A DNA stretch of 60,939 bases, filler included, from 9 parts of 9 records of this genome joined end to end with filler, not necessarily neighbours in it; one strand, 5' to 3'. Numbered from the whole stretch's first letter, positions 40,332-50,831 are shown. The notes: generated by a model from the letters alone, not told the origin. Program-made: numbers and translations.

Positions 40332-41663
40332 TCAGGAATTAATCCGTTTCCACAGGTCCGCCGCCTGCTCGCGGCTTTTGGCGCGTATTTCCGCCTCATC
40401 AATCCCCACAAGGACTCTGTCCCGCATAAGCACCCGGCCGTTTGCGATGGTCGTTTTGACGTTCGCGCCCGTGAGGCCGAACAGGATATGGCCGTCACTG
40501 TTGTCCGCCGTCATGGGCGTCGGCGGGTCATAATCCAATATAATGATATCAGCGGCGTACCCGGCCTTTAAAACGCCGGTCTTAACGCCGAAAATACGCT
40601 CGGTGATCACGGCATTGTTACCAAACAGCATCGACGTAAGCTCGCCCATTGCCGCGTTCGTATCCTGCAGGCGGTGCTTATGGATGAGGCATCCCGCTTT
40701 TAACGATTCCAGCATATCCTTCGTATAGCCGTCCGTCCCCAAACCGATCAGCACACCAGCTTTATACATCTCAACGGCCGGCCCGCAGCCGACGGCGTTG
40801 GACATATTGGATTCCGGATTATGCACGACCATCGTGCCGCTGTCACGCAGGAGCGCCAGCTCCTCTTCGTCGATGTGGACGCAGTGGGCGGCGATCGTCT
40901 TCGGCCCTAATATACCGCGCTCATACAGCCGGGCAACCACGCGCTTTCCATGCTTTTTCACTGTGTCCTCCACGTCGGAGACCGCTTCAGCCGCGTGGAT
41001 ATGACAGGAGACCTCTCCCGGCATATTTTCAAGGCAGAAATCCAGCGTTTCGTCCGACAGTGTAAACGCGGCGTGAAGGCCCATCATGCCGGCTTGCATG
41101 CCGTCTTTTTCACCCGCGGCCTTTTTCATAAACGCCACGTTTTCATAAACGGCGCGCCGCATCAGCTCGTTGCCCTCACGGTCGGACACCTCATAGCACA
41201 GACAGGCGCGAAGGCCGAGCCGCCTGGCGGTATCCGATAAAACATCAAGGCTTCCATCCACCGCGCCGTAGCTGGCATGGTGGTCAAACATGGTCGTCAC
41301 GCCGTTTTTTATAGCGTCGATAAACGCGATGGACGCGCTGGACGCCGTATCGTTAAGGCTCATGGTGTGATCCAGCTTCCACCACAGTCCTTCCAGTATG
41401 TCAGTAAAGCTCTTTGGGTGATAGCCGGTGATGGCCATGCCGCGCGCCAGCGCGCTGTACGCATGGTCGTGCGCGTCAATGAGGCCCGGCATGATGAGGC
41501 CGTTTCCGGCGTCCTCAAAGGGCACGCTTTGATAGTGCGCCCGGAGCGCCGCCGTATTGCCGACAGCCACAATCGCGCCGCCGTCCATCAACACAGCGCC
41601 GTTATCAAGGTATGGATTTTCCGGGTCGCGGGTAACGAGCCGCCCATTTCCGACCAGAAGCAT
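40332..41663 (-). CDS. ssnA: SsnA-like amidohydrolase
   Basis: HDHAYSALARG, LWWKLD, DHHAS, GLHAAFT, HNPESNM. Confidence 0.88.
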   Translation of the reverse strand: MLLVGNGRLVTRDPENPYLDNGAVLMDGGAIVAVGNTAALRAHYQSVPFEDAGNGLIMPGLIDAHDHAYSALARGMAITGYHPKSFTDILEGLWWKLDHTMSLNDTASSASIAFIDAIKNGVTTMFDHHASYGAVDGSLDVLSDTARRLGLRACLCYEVSDREGNELMRRAVYENVAFMKKAAGEKDGMQAGMMGLHAAFTLSDETLDFCLENMPGEVSCHIHAAEAVSDVEDTVKKHGKRVVARLYERGILGPKTIAAHCVHIDEEELALLRDSGTMVVHNPESNMSNAVGCGPAVEMYKAGVLIGLGTDGYTKDMLESLKAGCLIHKHRLQDTNAAMGELTSMLFGNNAVITERIFGVKTGVLKAGYAADIIILDYDPPTPMTADNSDGHILFGLTGANVKTTIANGRVLMRDRVLVGIDEAEIRAKSREQAADLWKRINS

Positions 41664-41697
41664 AACATCACCACTTCAGTTTTATTTTCTTATATAG

Positions 41698-41730
41698 AAA
41701 AAGGGCATCCCGGCAGGGACACCCTTCTTT
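41698..41730 (-). terminator. Terminator-like hairpin just upstream of ssnA
   Basis: Minus strand AAGGGTGTCCC-tgcc-GGGATGCCCTT followed by Ts. Confidence 0.6.
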
Positions 41731-41776
41731 GGGCATTTGTATGGGAACAGGTTTAAACCGGACGTATCCTGCTTTA

Positions 41777-41876
41777 NNNNNNNNNNNNNNNNNNNNNNNN
41801 NNNNNNNNNNNNNNNNNNNNTTAATTAATTAANNNNNNNNNNNNNNNNNNNNNNNNNNNNNNNNNNNNNNNNNNNN
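41777..41876. other. Artificial contig spacer
   Basis: N44-TTAATTAATTAA-N44. Confidence 0.99.
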
Positions 41877-41878
41877 CC

Positions 41879-43753
41879 AAAGGCATCGATCTGGTCAACT
41901 ACGGTGTGGTCGGTCTGCCGAACAACGAAGAGGAATGCCGCAAGGTGTTCAACTTCGCCCGTGACATGGGGATCGAGACGATCGTCTCGGAGCCCCCGGA
42001 AGAGGCGTTCGATCTGATCGACCGGCTCTGCCAGGAGTACAAGATTGGCGTCGCGCTGCACAACCACCCCAAGCCTTCGCACTACTGGGATTATAAGACC
42101 GTGTTGCGCCTCTGCGAAGGCCGCAGCCAATGGATCGGCGCCTGTGCCGATACGGGACACTGGACCCGCTCGGGCATCGATCCGGTCGAGGCCGTTCGCG
42201 CGCTGGCTTCGGTCGGCAGGATTCGGAGTCTGCACTTCAAGGATCTCAATGAGTTTGGCGTTCGCAACGCGCACGACGTCCCCTGGGGCACGGGCGTCAG
42301 CAAGGCCCGCGAGGTCCTGCAAATGCTGGCCAGCAAAGGCTTTGAGGGCAGCTTCTCGATCGAGTACGAGCACAACTGGCTCAACTCCATGCCTGAGATC
42401 GCCCTGTGCGTGGACTACTTCCAGCGGACGGCTTCGGAGTTGGGTGTCAGCGATTGGCAGTGGATCTTCAACGGCAAGGACCTCACCGGCTGGGATGGCG
42501 ATCCGCGGCTCTGGACCGTCCAGGATGGCGTTATCCGTGGCCAGACCACGCCCGAGAAGCCGACCAAGGGCAACACGTTCTGCGTCTGGCGGGGCGGAGC
42601 GCGCCTCAAGGACTTCGAGCTGAAGCTGAAGTTTCGCATCGAGAACGGCAACTCCGGCGTCCAGTACCGCAGCAAAGAGTTTGACAAGTGGCGGATTACC
42701 GGCTACCAGGCGGAAGTGGAAAACGCTCAGGGCAAGGTCGGCTTCCTCTATCATGAAGGCGGCCGCGCCTGGCTCGTCAATGTCGGTGACTTCATGCACA
42801 TCACCGACAAGGGCGAGAAGAAGGTCATCAGCAATGTCAACGACCAGAAGGGCCTGATCGAGGCCGGCTACTACACCGAGAAGGGCTGGAACGAGTACAC
42901 CATCATCTGCCAGGGCAATCACGTCAGCCACTATCTCAACGGCTACCAGACCATGGAGCTGATTGACGACGACCGCGTGACGAATCCGGACGATCCCAAG
43001 GATCGCAACGGCTCGATCCGCGAAGGTGTCTTGGCATTGCAGATCCACGCCGGCCCGCCGATGTTGGTCGAGTTCAAGGACATTCGCATCAAGACCCTCT
43101 GCGACAAGAAGTACGGCGACGCGGCATTGGCCTTCAATGGCGAGAACCTCGACGAATGGACCACCAAGGCCGACTCGGGCAAGGCCAACAAGTGGACAGT
43201 GGGCAAGGCGAAGGTCTCCTCGAGCGATCCCAAGATGCTGACGGTCGAAGAAGGCAAGGGCGAACTGATCAACGCGACGCCCAAGCACGGCGACAGCCAG
43301 GACATTTACTCGAAGGCCAAGTTCGGTGACTGTCGGATCGAAGTGGAAATGATGGTGCCCAAGGGCTCCAATTCCGGCGTCTACGTCATGGGCGAATACG
43401 AAGTCCAGGTGCTGGACAGCTACGGCAAGATGAAGATGGGCAACGGCGATGTGGGGGCCATCTACGGCGGTTTCGCACCGCCCGTCAATGCGTCGAAGGC
43501 CCCGGGTCAGTGGCAGCAATACGTCATCGAGTGGCGCGCCCCTCGGTTCGATGCCGACGGCAAGAAGGTCCGCAACGCCGAGTTCATCAAGGTCGAACTC
43601 AACGGCATCGTGCTCCACGAGAACCTGGTTATGACCGGTCCGACGCCCGGTGGTGTGACCGGCAAGGAGGCCGCTCTGGGCCCGCTGATGTTCCAGGGCA
43701 ACCATGGCCCCGTAGCCTATCGCAATATCGTGGTAACACCTTTGCTGAATTAA
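41879..43753 (+). CDS. Xylose-isomerase-like TIM barrel fused to two DUF1080 domains (5' truncated)
   Basis: ALHNH, DTGH, HFKD, IEYE; then FNGKDLTGW...NSGVQYRS...ALQIH...FKDI and FNGENLDEW...NSGVY...FQGNHG...YRNI. Confidence 0.85.
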   Translation, partial: KGIDLVNYGVVGLPNNEEECRKVFNFARDMGIETIVSEPPEEAFDLIDRLCQEYKIGVALHNHPKPSHYWDYKTVLRLCEGRSQWIGACADTGHWTRSGIDPVEAVRALASVGRIRSLHFKDLNEFGVRNAHDVPWGTGVSKAREVLQMLASKGFEGSFSIEYEHNWLNSMPEIALCVDYFQRTASELGVSDWQWIFNGKDLTGWDGDPRLWTVQDGVIRGQTTPEKPTKGNTFCVWRGGARLKDFELKLKFRIENGNSGVQYRSKEFDKWRITGYQAEVENAQGKVGFLYHEGGRAWLVNVGDFMHITDKGEKKVISNVNDQKGLIEAGYYTEKGWNEYTIICQGNHVSHYLNGYQTMELIDDDRVTNPDDPKDRNGSIREGVLALQIHAGPPMLVEFKDIRIKTLCDKKYGDAALAFNGENLDEWTTKADSGKANKWTVGKAKVSSSDPKMLTVEEGKGELINATPKHGDSQDIYSKAKFGDCRIEVEMMVPKGSNSGVYVMGEYEVQVLDSYGKMKMGNGDVGAIYGGFAPPVNASKAPGQWQQYVIEWRAPRFDADGKKVRNAEFIKVELNGIVLHENLVMTGPTPGGVTGKEAALGPLMFQGNHGPVAYRNIVVTPLLN

Positions 43754-43828
43754 CATTAGATGGTGTTGGAGGGCACCGGCCCCGGACGGCCTTCGGTTAG
43801 GGAACGAGCCAAAAAACGGCGAGTTTCC

Positions 43829-43857
43829 TTGACAGTCGAGGGGGCTGGTGCCATAAT
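43829..43857 (+). promoter_or_regulatory. sigma70-type promoter of the Gfo/Idh/MocA gene
   Basis: TTGACA-N17-CATAAT with an extended -10 TG. Confidence 0.75.
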
Positions 43858-43926
43858 AACCGGCTAACATTTTGCCGGTTCAGCGCTAATCGAGAACGTT
43901 ATGTTTTTGGAGATAACAGGCTTACA

Positions 43927-45279
43927 ATGAGCGATCAAAAGACAAAAGTAGGTATGGATCGACGTAGCTTCCTGCAATCCACCGCGGCACTTGGCGCCGG
44001 ACTGGCCGTGGTACCGAACGTCCTGACGCGGGCCGCCAGTGGCGGTGGCGACGATATCAACATCGCCCTGTTGGGGGCCGGCGCCCAGGGCCAGGTCCTG
44101 ATGAACGCGATTCTGAAGATTCCGAATGTGCGTTTCAAGGCGGTCTGTGACATCTGGGAAAGCTACAATCAGAGACGCGTTTCTCGACTCCTGAAGCGCT
44201 ACGGCCACGAGAACAATACCTACGTGGACTACAAGGAGATGCTGGACAAGGAGAAGGGCAACATCGACGCCGTCGTGATTGCCACTCCCGACTTCTGGCA
44301 TGCCGAGCATGCGATTGCTTGTATGGAAGCCGGCCTGGACGTCTACTGCGAAAAGGAAATGTCGAACGATCTGGCCAAGGCCAAGCAGATGGTCGAGACG
44401 CAGAAGAAGACCGGCAAGCTCCTCCAGATCGGCCACCAGCGTCGCAGTAATCCGCGTTACATCCACTGCTACGACAAACTGATCACGCAGGCCGACATGC
44501 TCGGACGCATCACGACCGTCAACGGCCAGTGGAACCGCGGTGCCCGCGAGCCCCTGGGCTTCCCGACGAAGGCCGCCATCCCGGCCGACACCCTCGGCAA
44601 GTACGGCTTCGAGTCGATGGAGCAGTTCCGCAACTGGCGCTGGTACAAGAAACTCGGCGGCGGCCCCATCGTCGACCTGGGTTCACACCAGATCGATATC
44701 TACAGCTGGTATCTCGGCGCGACACCGCGTTCGGTCATCGCCAGCGGTGGAACCGACTACTACGACAGCAATACGCACGAGTGGTATGACACCGTCATGG
44801 CCATTTACGAGTTCGAGACCAAGCAGGGCGTCGTGCGGGCGTTTTACCAGGTCCTGACAACCAACAGCAGCCAGGGCTACTACGAGACCTTTATGGGCGA
44901 CCAGGGCACGCTGCAGATTTCCGAATCGGCCGCCCGCGGCTCGGTCTACCGCGAGCAGGGCGCGCCCGAATGGGACAAGTGGGTCAAGCTCGGCTTCGTC
45001 AACGAGCCGGCGAAGGTAGAGGAAAAGGCCGAGGCCGGCGCCGTCCTGGACGTCCGCGAAACCCTGGCCCCGCCGGCGTACGAGATTCCGATCGGCATGG
45101 ACGGCATGCCGTACCATCAGCCGCATCTGGCCAACTTCTTTGATTCCGTCCGGGGCAAGGCGAAGCTCAACTGCCCGGCCGAGATCGGCTATGAGACCGC
45201 GGTCATGGTCCTGAAGGTCAACGAGGCCGTCGAGGCCCAGCGCCGACTCGAATTCGCCGACGGCGAGTTCCACGTATAG
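43927..45279 (+). CDS. Tat-exported Gfo/Idh/MocA oxidoreductase
   Basis: DRRSFLQ twin-arginine signal; GAGAQG, ATPDFWH, YCEKEM, DLGSHQID. Confidence 0.9.
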   Translation: MSDQKTKVGMDRRSFLQSTAALGAGLAVVPNVLTRAASGGGDDINIALLGAGAQGQVLMNAILKIPNVRFKAVCDIWESYNQRRVSRLLKRYGHENNTYVDYKEMLDKEKGNIDAVVIATPDFWHAEHAIACMEAGLDVYCEKEMSNDLAKAKQMVETQKKTGKLLQIGHQRRSNPRYIHCYDKLITQADMLGRITTVNGQWNRGAREPLGFPTKAAIPADTLGKYGFESMEQFRNWRWYKKLGGGPIVDLGSHQIDIYSWYLGATPRSVIASGGTDYYDSNTHEWYDTVMAIYEFETKQGVVRAFYQVLTTNSSQGYYETFMGDQGTLQISESAARGSVYREQGAPEWDKWVKLGFVNEPAKVEEKAEAGAVLDVRETLAPPAYEIPIGMDGMPYHQPHLANFFDSVRGKAKLNCPAEIGYETAVMVLKVNEAVEAQRRLEFADGEFHV

Positions 45280-45357
45280 ACAGATCGAATTTTTTGGGCG
45301 ACGATCGGGCCGGCGTGAAAGGCCCGATTGTCTCTCAAGAAAGGAATTGAGATAGCC

Positions 45358-47162
45358 TTGAGAAGAGAACTGATCTTAGCGCTTGTGTTGTTGCCGGCCT
45401 TGTCCCTGACGATGGTGTTGGCGCAAGAAACGGAGGAGGCCCCGGCGGGCAAACTCGGTGACAAGAGTGACGGCAGCCGCGCCCACCCCATCCACCGCAT
45501 TCCCCTGATTGCCGAGAATGAAGATGGGGAAAAGGGCGAACAGGTGGCCCTGGATGACGATCCGCTCCTGCCGTTCTCCACGAAACACACCTGCGGCGAG
45601 TGCCACAGCTATGACATCATCAAGCACGGCTGGCACTTCAACGCGGCTGATGTCAACGCCCCGACCGGTCGGCCCGGTGAGCCCTGGGTCTATTTCGGTC
45701 AGCGGCTCGGCATTCAGATTCCCCTGTCCTATCGGGATTGGCCCGGGACCTGGCGGCCGGCGGACATCGGCATGTCGGACTTTCGGTTCACCCAGATCTT
45801 CGGCCGGCATATGCCCGGTGGCGGTCCCGGCGAAACCAAGGCCACGGATATCGACGACATTGGCCGGCAGTACGTTTCCGGGACCCTGGAAATCAACTGC
45901 CTGGCGTGCCACAACGGCCATTCCGGGCAGGACATGGGAGGCGTGAACGGCTACGCGGTGCAGGTCTCCAAGCAGAACTTCCGCTGGGCCGCGGCCGCCT
46001 CCAGTGAACTTGCGGCGGTCAAGGGCTCGGCCACGGCGATGACCGAGGCCTTCGATCCCTTCATGCCCGAGGGCGATGACAAAGAACCGCACGTCATCTA
46101 TCCGGAAAACATCTTCGACGAAGACGGCCAGGTCCTGTTCGACATTGTTCGCGAAGTCCCCAACGAACGCTGCTACTACTGTCACTCGGACGTTTACTTC
46201 ACGGACGAAGAGGGCCACAACGAGAAGTGGACCTGTGACGAAGACATTCACGTCAAGGCCGGCCTGACCTGTGTCGATTGCCATCGCAACGGCATCGAAC
46301 ATCAGATCGTCCGGGGCTATCCCGATGAGGTGGCCGACTCGAACAATCCGCTGGTGGCTACCACGACCTGCGAAGGTTGTCATGTGCCTGAAGGCTCGGA
46401 CATTCCGGACGCGGGGCGGTTGGGCGCTCCGGTGCCTGCCCATGTGGGCTTGCCGCCGGTGCACTTCGAGCGGCTCAGTTGCACCGCGTGTCACTCGGGA
46501 CCGTGGGCCCAGGAGCAGACGGTCTGGACCAAGACGTCTCGAGCCCATCGCCTGGGCACGCCCAGCGTGAACAAGGCCGCCGAGACGCTGCCGCACATCG
46601 CCGCCCCGGTCTTTGCTGAAAAGGACGGCAAGATCCTGCCGCATAAGATGATCTGGCCGGCCTATTGGGCCACGCTCGTCGAGGGCGAGGTTCGCCCGGT
46701 CGCGATCGATGTTGCTGAGAAGGCGGTCGAGGATGTCTTCGCCGATCTTGAGCTTCCGGAGAACGGGGACTGGCCCGGGATGTCGCCCGAGCTGGTGACC
46801 CAGGCCCTGAATGCGTTGAACGAGGTCGTCGATGGCAATGCGGTCTACGTGGCCGGCGGTTCACTCTATCGTCTGGCGGAAGACGCCAACAGCGTCGTCG
46901 CCGAGGCGGACCATCCGGCCGGTGAGCCCTACATGTGGCCCATCGCCCATACCGTCCGGCCGGCAGCCCAGTCGCTGGGCATTCGCTATTGCACCGATTG
47001 TCATGCGACCAATGCGCCGATGTTCTTCGGCTCGGTGGTGGTGGACAGCCCGGTGGCGTCGGAAACGCCGGTCGTCAAAGAAATGGTCCAGTTCCAGGAC
47101 ATCCGCCCGTTTTACGCCTGGGCGTTTTCCAAGTCGTTCGTGTTCCGCCCGTTCTTCAAGAT
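45358..47162 (+). CDS. Secreted multiheme c-type cytochrome (at least 7 hemes; 3' truncated)
   Basis: Signal peptide; CGECH, CLACH, CYYCH, CVDCH, CEGCH, CTACH, CTDCH; start codon uncertain (TTG at 45358 or 45328). Confidence 0.85.
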
Positions 47163-47262
47163 NNNNNNNNNNNNNNNNNNNNNNNNNNNNNNNNNNNNNN
47201 NNNNNNTTAATTAATTAANNNNNNNNNNNNNNNNNNNNNNNNNNNNNNNNNNNNNNNNNNNN
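47163..47262. other. Artificial contig spacer
   Basis: N44-TTAATTAATTAA-N44. Confidence 0.99.
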
Positions 47263-47470
47263 CATGTGGTTACTTTCTCATATTTAGCAAGTTACTTGTT
47301 GTGTGGCAGGTTGTTGAAACTGCCTGATAACATCGATCTAAAATAGCTATATTCGGTCTTCTGAATGGCTGTAAAATGTTGTAATTCTTAACAAGAAACT
47401 GTTTATTACTTTCGTTTATTATATGTGACTGTAATTATTTTCGAATTACTTTAGAGGTAATACATGTATT

Positions 47471-48193
47471 ATGGAGAAAAATAAAGCAATACAACTGATT
47501 AACGCCGACATCTATCAAGGAGAGAACCTGATTCTAACTGATGTGAATGTTGAAATTGAAAAAGGTGAGTTTGTATATGTTATTGGAAAAGTTGGAACCG
47601 GAAAAACAAGTCTGATAAAAACTTTACATGCAGAATTGCCCTTAATTAATGGAGTAGGAGAAGTCCTTGATTATGAGCTTCAAGGTATTAAAGATCGGGA
47701 TATAGCATTGTTAAGAAGAAGAATCGGGGTTGTTTTTCAGGACTTTCGCTTATTAACCGATCGAAGTGTTTTCGATAATCTGGCTTTTGTATTGCAAGCT
47801 ACCGGATGGCAGCAAAAAAAAGTAATAAAAGACCGGGTTTACGAGGTATTAGAAATTGTTGGCATGGTAGAACTGAAAGAAAAGATGCCACATTTATTAA
47901 GTGGTGGAGAACAACAAAGAGTAGTCATTGCCAGGGCCATATTAAACGATGCAGAAATTATTTTGGCTGATGAACCCACCGGGAATCTTGATCCGGAAAC
48001 ATCTGAGGAAATCATGGATTTGTTTATTCGTTTAAATAATGAAGGAAAAACCTTAATAATGGCAACACACGACTATGCCACGATTGCCAAAAAACCAGCC
48101 CGTACCCTGATCTGCTCAAATGGGATAATTACTGACTCTGCCCAAAACAAAGATGATATAGAGTTTGAGAATTTGTTGGAATCGAATTTCTAG
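47471..48193 (+). CDS. ftsE: FtsE-like ABC ATPase
   Basis: GKVGTGKTS, RRRIGVVFQDFRLL, LSGGEQQRV, ADEPTGNLDP. Confidence 0.75.
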   Translation: MEKNKAIQLINADIYQGENLILTDVNVEIEKGEFVYVIGKVGTGKTSLIKTLHAELPLINGVGEVLDYELQGIKDRDIALLRRRIGVVFQDFRLLTDRSVFDNLAFVLQATGWQQKKVIKDRVYEVLEIVGMVELKEKMPHLLSGGEQQRVVIARAILNDAEIILADEPTGNLDPETSEEIMDLFIRLNNEGKTLIMATHDYATIAKKPARTLICSNGIITDSAQNKDDIEFENLLESNF

Positions 48194-48204
48194 TTGGAAT
48201 GATA

Positions 48205-49302
48205 TTATAACCTGGAAAATATTGCGTTTAAAACCTTTTCTTCATTTTCCCAGGTTAAACTTTGTGCTGCTATGGCCAGGTTCTTTTTCCAGCTCATTCT
48301 TTTTTTTTGATTCTGCAAAGCGTCATTGATTGAAGATGCCAGTGCTTCCGGAACATGAGAAGTAGAAACAGCTCCAATATCAAACTTTTCAACAATGGCT
48401 TTCATTTCTGGCAAATCACTAATTAAAACAGGTATTTCTGCCTGAATATAATCGAATAGTTTGTTCGGTAAAGCGAATCTATAGTTCAGCCCCAAGTCTT
48501 CTTCGATTGATAGCCCCAGATCGGCTTTAGGAGTTACAACCGTAAGTTCAGCAATTGAAAGTCGTCCCGTAAATTCAACTTTTTCTGTCAGCTTCTCGTT
48601 CGAAACAAGCAATTCCAGGTGCGATTTAATATCTCCATCTCCTGCAATTACCAGTTTAGCATTTTCGATAAAATGCATTGCTCTTATTGCCTGTTCCAGT
48701 CCTCGGCCAATATTTATAGCTCCCTGGTATAAAATAATTTTAGGATTGTTGTTAAGGTCAGGTTTTTCATAGTTACGCTTAACTGGTATATTTCGGATTA
48801 CTTTAAAATCCACGCCATACTTTTCCTTATAAATCTGTGCAATTGAGTTACAAACAGTATAAGCGTGTTTGATTTTTGGAGTCATCTTTCTCTCCAGCCA
48901 TTCCCAAACTTGTTTTACCTTTGGACGGTTTATTAATTCAGGTACTTCTGTAAAATATTCGTGACTGTCGTACACCAATTTGCATCTTTTTATTTTTGAT
49001 ACCAGAAAATTTGCCGTTAAAGTATCCAGGTCGTTGGCCAGCAATATATCCGATCGTTTAAAAAGAAGAACAAGAAACAAGCGGATATTGTATTCAGCAT
49101 AAAAGCAGGCTCCGTTTTTAAAAAACAGTTTCATTCGTTTGGTTTCGTAACTTCGGTTTAGCTCTTTGCTGTTGCGCAAGAGCCTTCCAATTAAAAACAC
49201 CGAAAATCCCATGTTAACAAGTGAAGTACAAACCTTATGTACCCGATTATCAGAAACGAGGTCATTGGTTACCGAAACTATTATATGCTTTTTATTATTC
49301 AA
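48205..49302 (-). CDS. GT4-like glycosyltransferase
   Basis: DNRVHK, ANDLDTL, YDSHEYF, LPNKLFDY motifs. Confidence 0.88.
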   Translation of the reverse strand: MNNKKHIIVSVTNDLVSDNRVHKVCTSLVNMGFSVFLIGRLLRNSKELNRSYETKRMKLFFKNGACFYAEYNIRLFLVLLFKRSDILLANDLDTLTANFLVSKIKRCKLVYDSHEYFTEVPELINRPKVKQVWEWLERKMTPKIKHAYTVCNSIAQIYKEKYGVDFKVIRNIPVKRNYEKPDLNNNPKIILYQGAINIGRGLEQAIRAMHFIENAKLVIAGDGDIKSHLELLVSNEKLTEKVEFTGRLSIAELTVVTPKADLGLSIEEDLGLNYRFALPNKLFDYIQAEIPVLISDLPEMKAIVEKFDIGAVSTSHVPEALASSINDALQNQKKRMSWKKNLAIAAQSLTWENEEKVLNAIFSRL

Positions 49303-49404
49303 AATGTTTGATTAATTTGGTTGTAAATATAAACTATTGATCCCGGTATTTATTTCATGGATTAATATTTATCCTTATTCCTTTATGATTATAAATTCCC
49401 CTTA

Positions 49405-49412
49405 TATCTTTG
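49405..49412 (+). promoter_or_regulatory. Bacteroidota -7 promoter element for murB
   Basis: TATCTTTG matches TAnnTTTG, 15 nt upstream of the ATG. Confidence 0.7.
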
Positions 49413-49427
49413 CGCAAAATTTAGAAT

Positions 49428-50444
49428 ATGATCCGCTTCTACGAAGATTACTCATTAAAAGCACATAACACCTTTGGAATTGATGCCAAAGCCAAATATT
49501 ATTTTGAATTTACCGAACTGGAAGATCTTGATGTTTTTTTGAATTCAAACAATAGCTGGAAAGAAGAAAAATTAATTGTGATAGGCGAAGGAAGCAATAT
49601 TCTTTTTCTTGACGATTTTGAAGGTTTGGTTATTCATCCCAATGTCCCCGGGATGAATTCGGTGTGGGAAGACAAACAATACGAATGGATTGAAGTTGGG
49701 GCCGGAGAAGTGTGGGATGATTTTGTGCAATTTGCGGTTGATCATGGTTTGGGAGGTGCAGAAAATTTATCACTTATACCGGGGAAAGTTGGTGCGGCAC
49801 CGGTTCAAAACATTGGGGCATATGGAAAAGAGGTGTGTAGTCTGGTACAAAAAGTAAAAGGTTACGATCTGGAACGCGAAAAGCCCGCCGAATATTCGAC
49901 CGAAGAATGCCGGTTTGCCTATCGAAATAGTATTTTTAAACAATCTCTTAAAAACAGGTTTATTATTACTTCGGTGATTTTTAAACTTGAGAAATTTCCT
50001 GAATTTAGTTTAAGCTATGGCCATTTAGAGGAAAAAGTGAAGGAAACTGGTGAACCAAGCTTACGAACCGTAAGAAATGCTGTGGTTGAAATCCGCGAAT
50101 CGAAGTTACCCGATGTGAAGGATTTGGGTAACGCGGGCAGCTTTTTCAAAAATCCTATAGTTGATAAAGAACTGGCAACTAATCTTAAAGCGAAAAATGC
50201 GACCATGCCTGTTTATCCTGCCGATAATGGTAAAATAAAAATAGCAGCAGGTTGGCTTATCGAACAGGCTGGCTGGAAAGGCAAACGAATAGGCGATGCC
50301 GGTGTTCACAAGCAACAGGCCCTGGTATTGGTAAACTATGGAAATGCCTCAGGGAAAGAAATATTTGATCTTTCGGAACAAATAAAACAAGCGGTGAATC
50401 AAAAGTTTGGCGTGGAGTTAGAACGCGAAGTGAATGTAGTTTAG
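49428..50444 (+). CDS. murB: UDP-N-acetylenolpyruvoylglucosamine reductase
   Basis: HNTFG, GEGSNILF, GAAPVQNIGAYG, GNAGSFFKNP, LEREV. Confidence 0.96.
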   Translation: MIRFYEDYSLKAHNTFGIDAKAKYYFEFTELEDLDVFLNSNNSWKEEKLIVIGEGSNILFLDDFEGLVIHPNVPGMNSVWEDKQYEWIEVGAGEVWDDFVQFAVDHGLGGAENLSLIPGKVGAAPVQNIGAYGKEVCSLVQKVKGYDLEREKPAEYSTEECRFAYRNSIFKQSLKNRFIITSVIFKLEKFPEFSLSYGHLEEKVKETGEPSLRTVRNAVVEIRESKLPDVKDLGNAGSFFKNPIVDKELATNLKAKNATMPVYPADNGKIKIAAGWLIEQAGWKGKRIGDAGVHKQQALVLVNYGNASGKEIFDLSEQIKQAVNQKFGVELEREVNVV

Positions 50445-50551
50445 CTTGTTAAATTATAAGCCAGCAAATATATTCTGTATTCATAGCACAAAAGGGCTTT
50501 TGCTCATTCGGGTTGGTCTTCATTTTATTAAAATCATTCAAATCATACCAT

Positions 50552-50584
50552 AAAAAAATCCCGGCGTCCACTCCGGGATTTTAA
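50552..50584 (-). terminator. Intrinsic terminator (possibly bidirectional)
   Basis: A7-TCCCGG-cgtccact-CCGGGA-T5. Confidence 0.7.
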
Positions 50585-50831
50585 TTCATTTTGTTGATGT
50601 TGTGGTTCTCACACTTAATCTGGGTTTGTGGTGTTAAATATACACAATGATTTTAAAGCGCCTAAAAAAAGACGAATTAAATTTTCAAAAATCAAAAGTC
50701 TTTCAGGCAGCAATTGGTAATTCATATAAAACTAAAATCAGAATTTATTGTTCTGTTCAAATAACGAGAACGCAAATCTGGATACACGCTCTACCTGTTC
50801 TTTTTGCGTGTAAGGGCAAAACACGGAAATT

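Noticed and set aside
41825-43870. 681-aa minus-strand ORF
   Set aside because: Antisense shadow of the TIM/DUF1080 gene; runs into the spacer
45376-46644. 422-aa minus-strand ORF
   Set aside because: Antisense to the multiheme cytochrome
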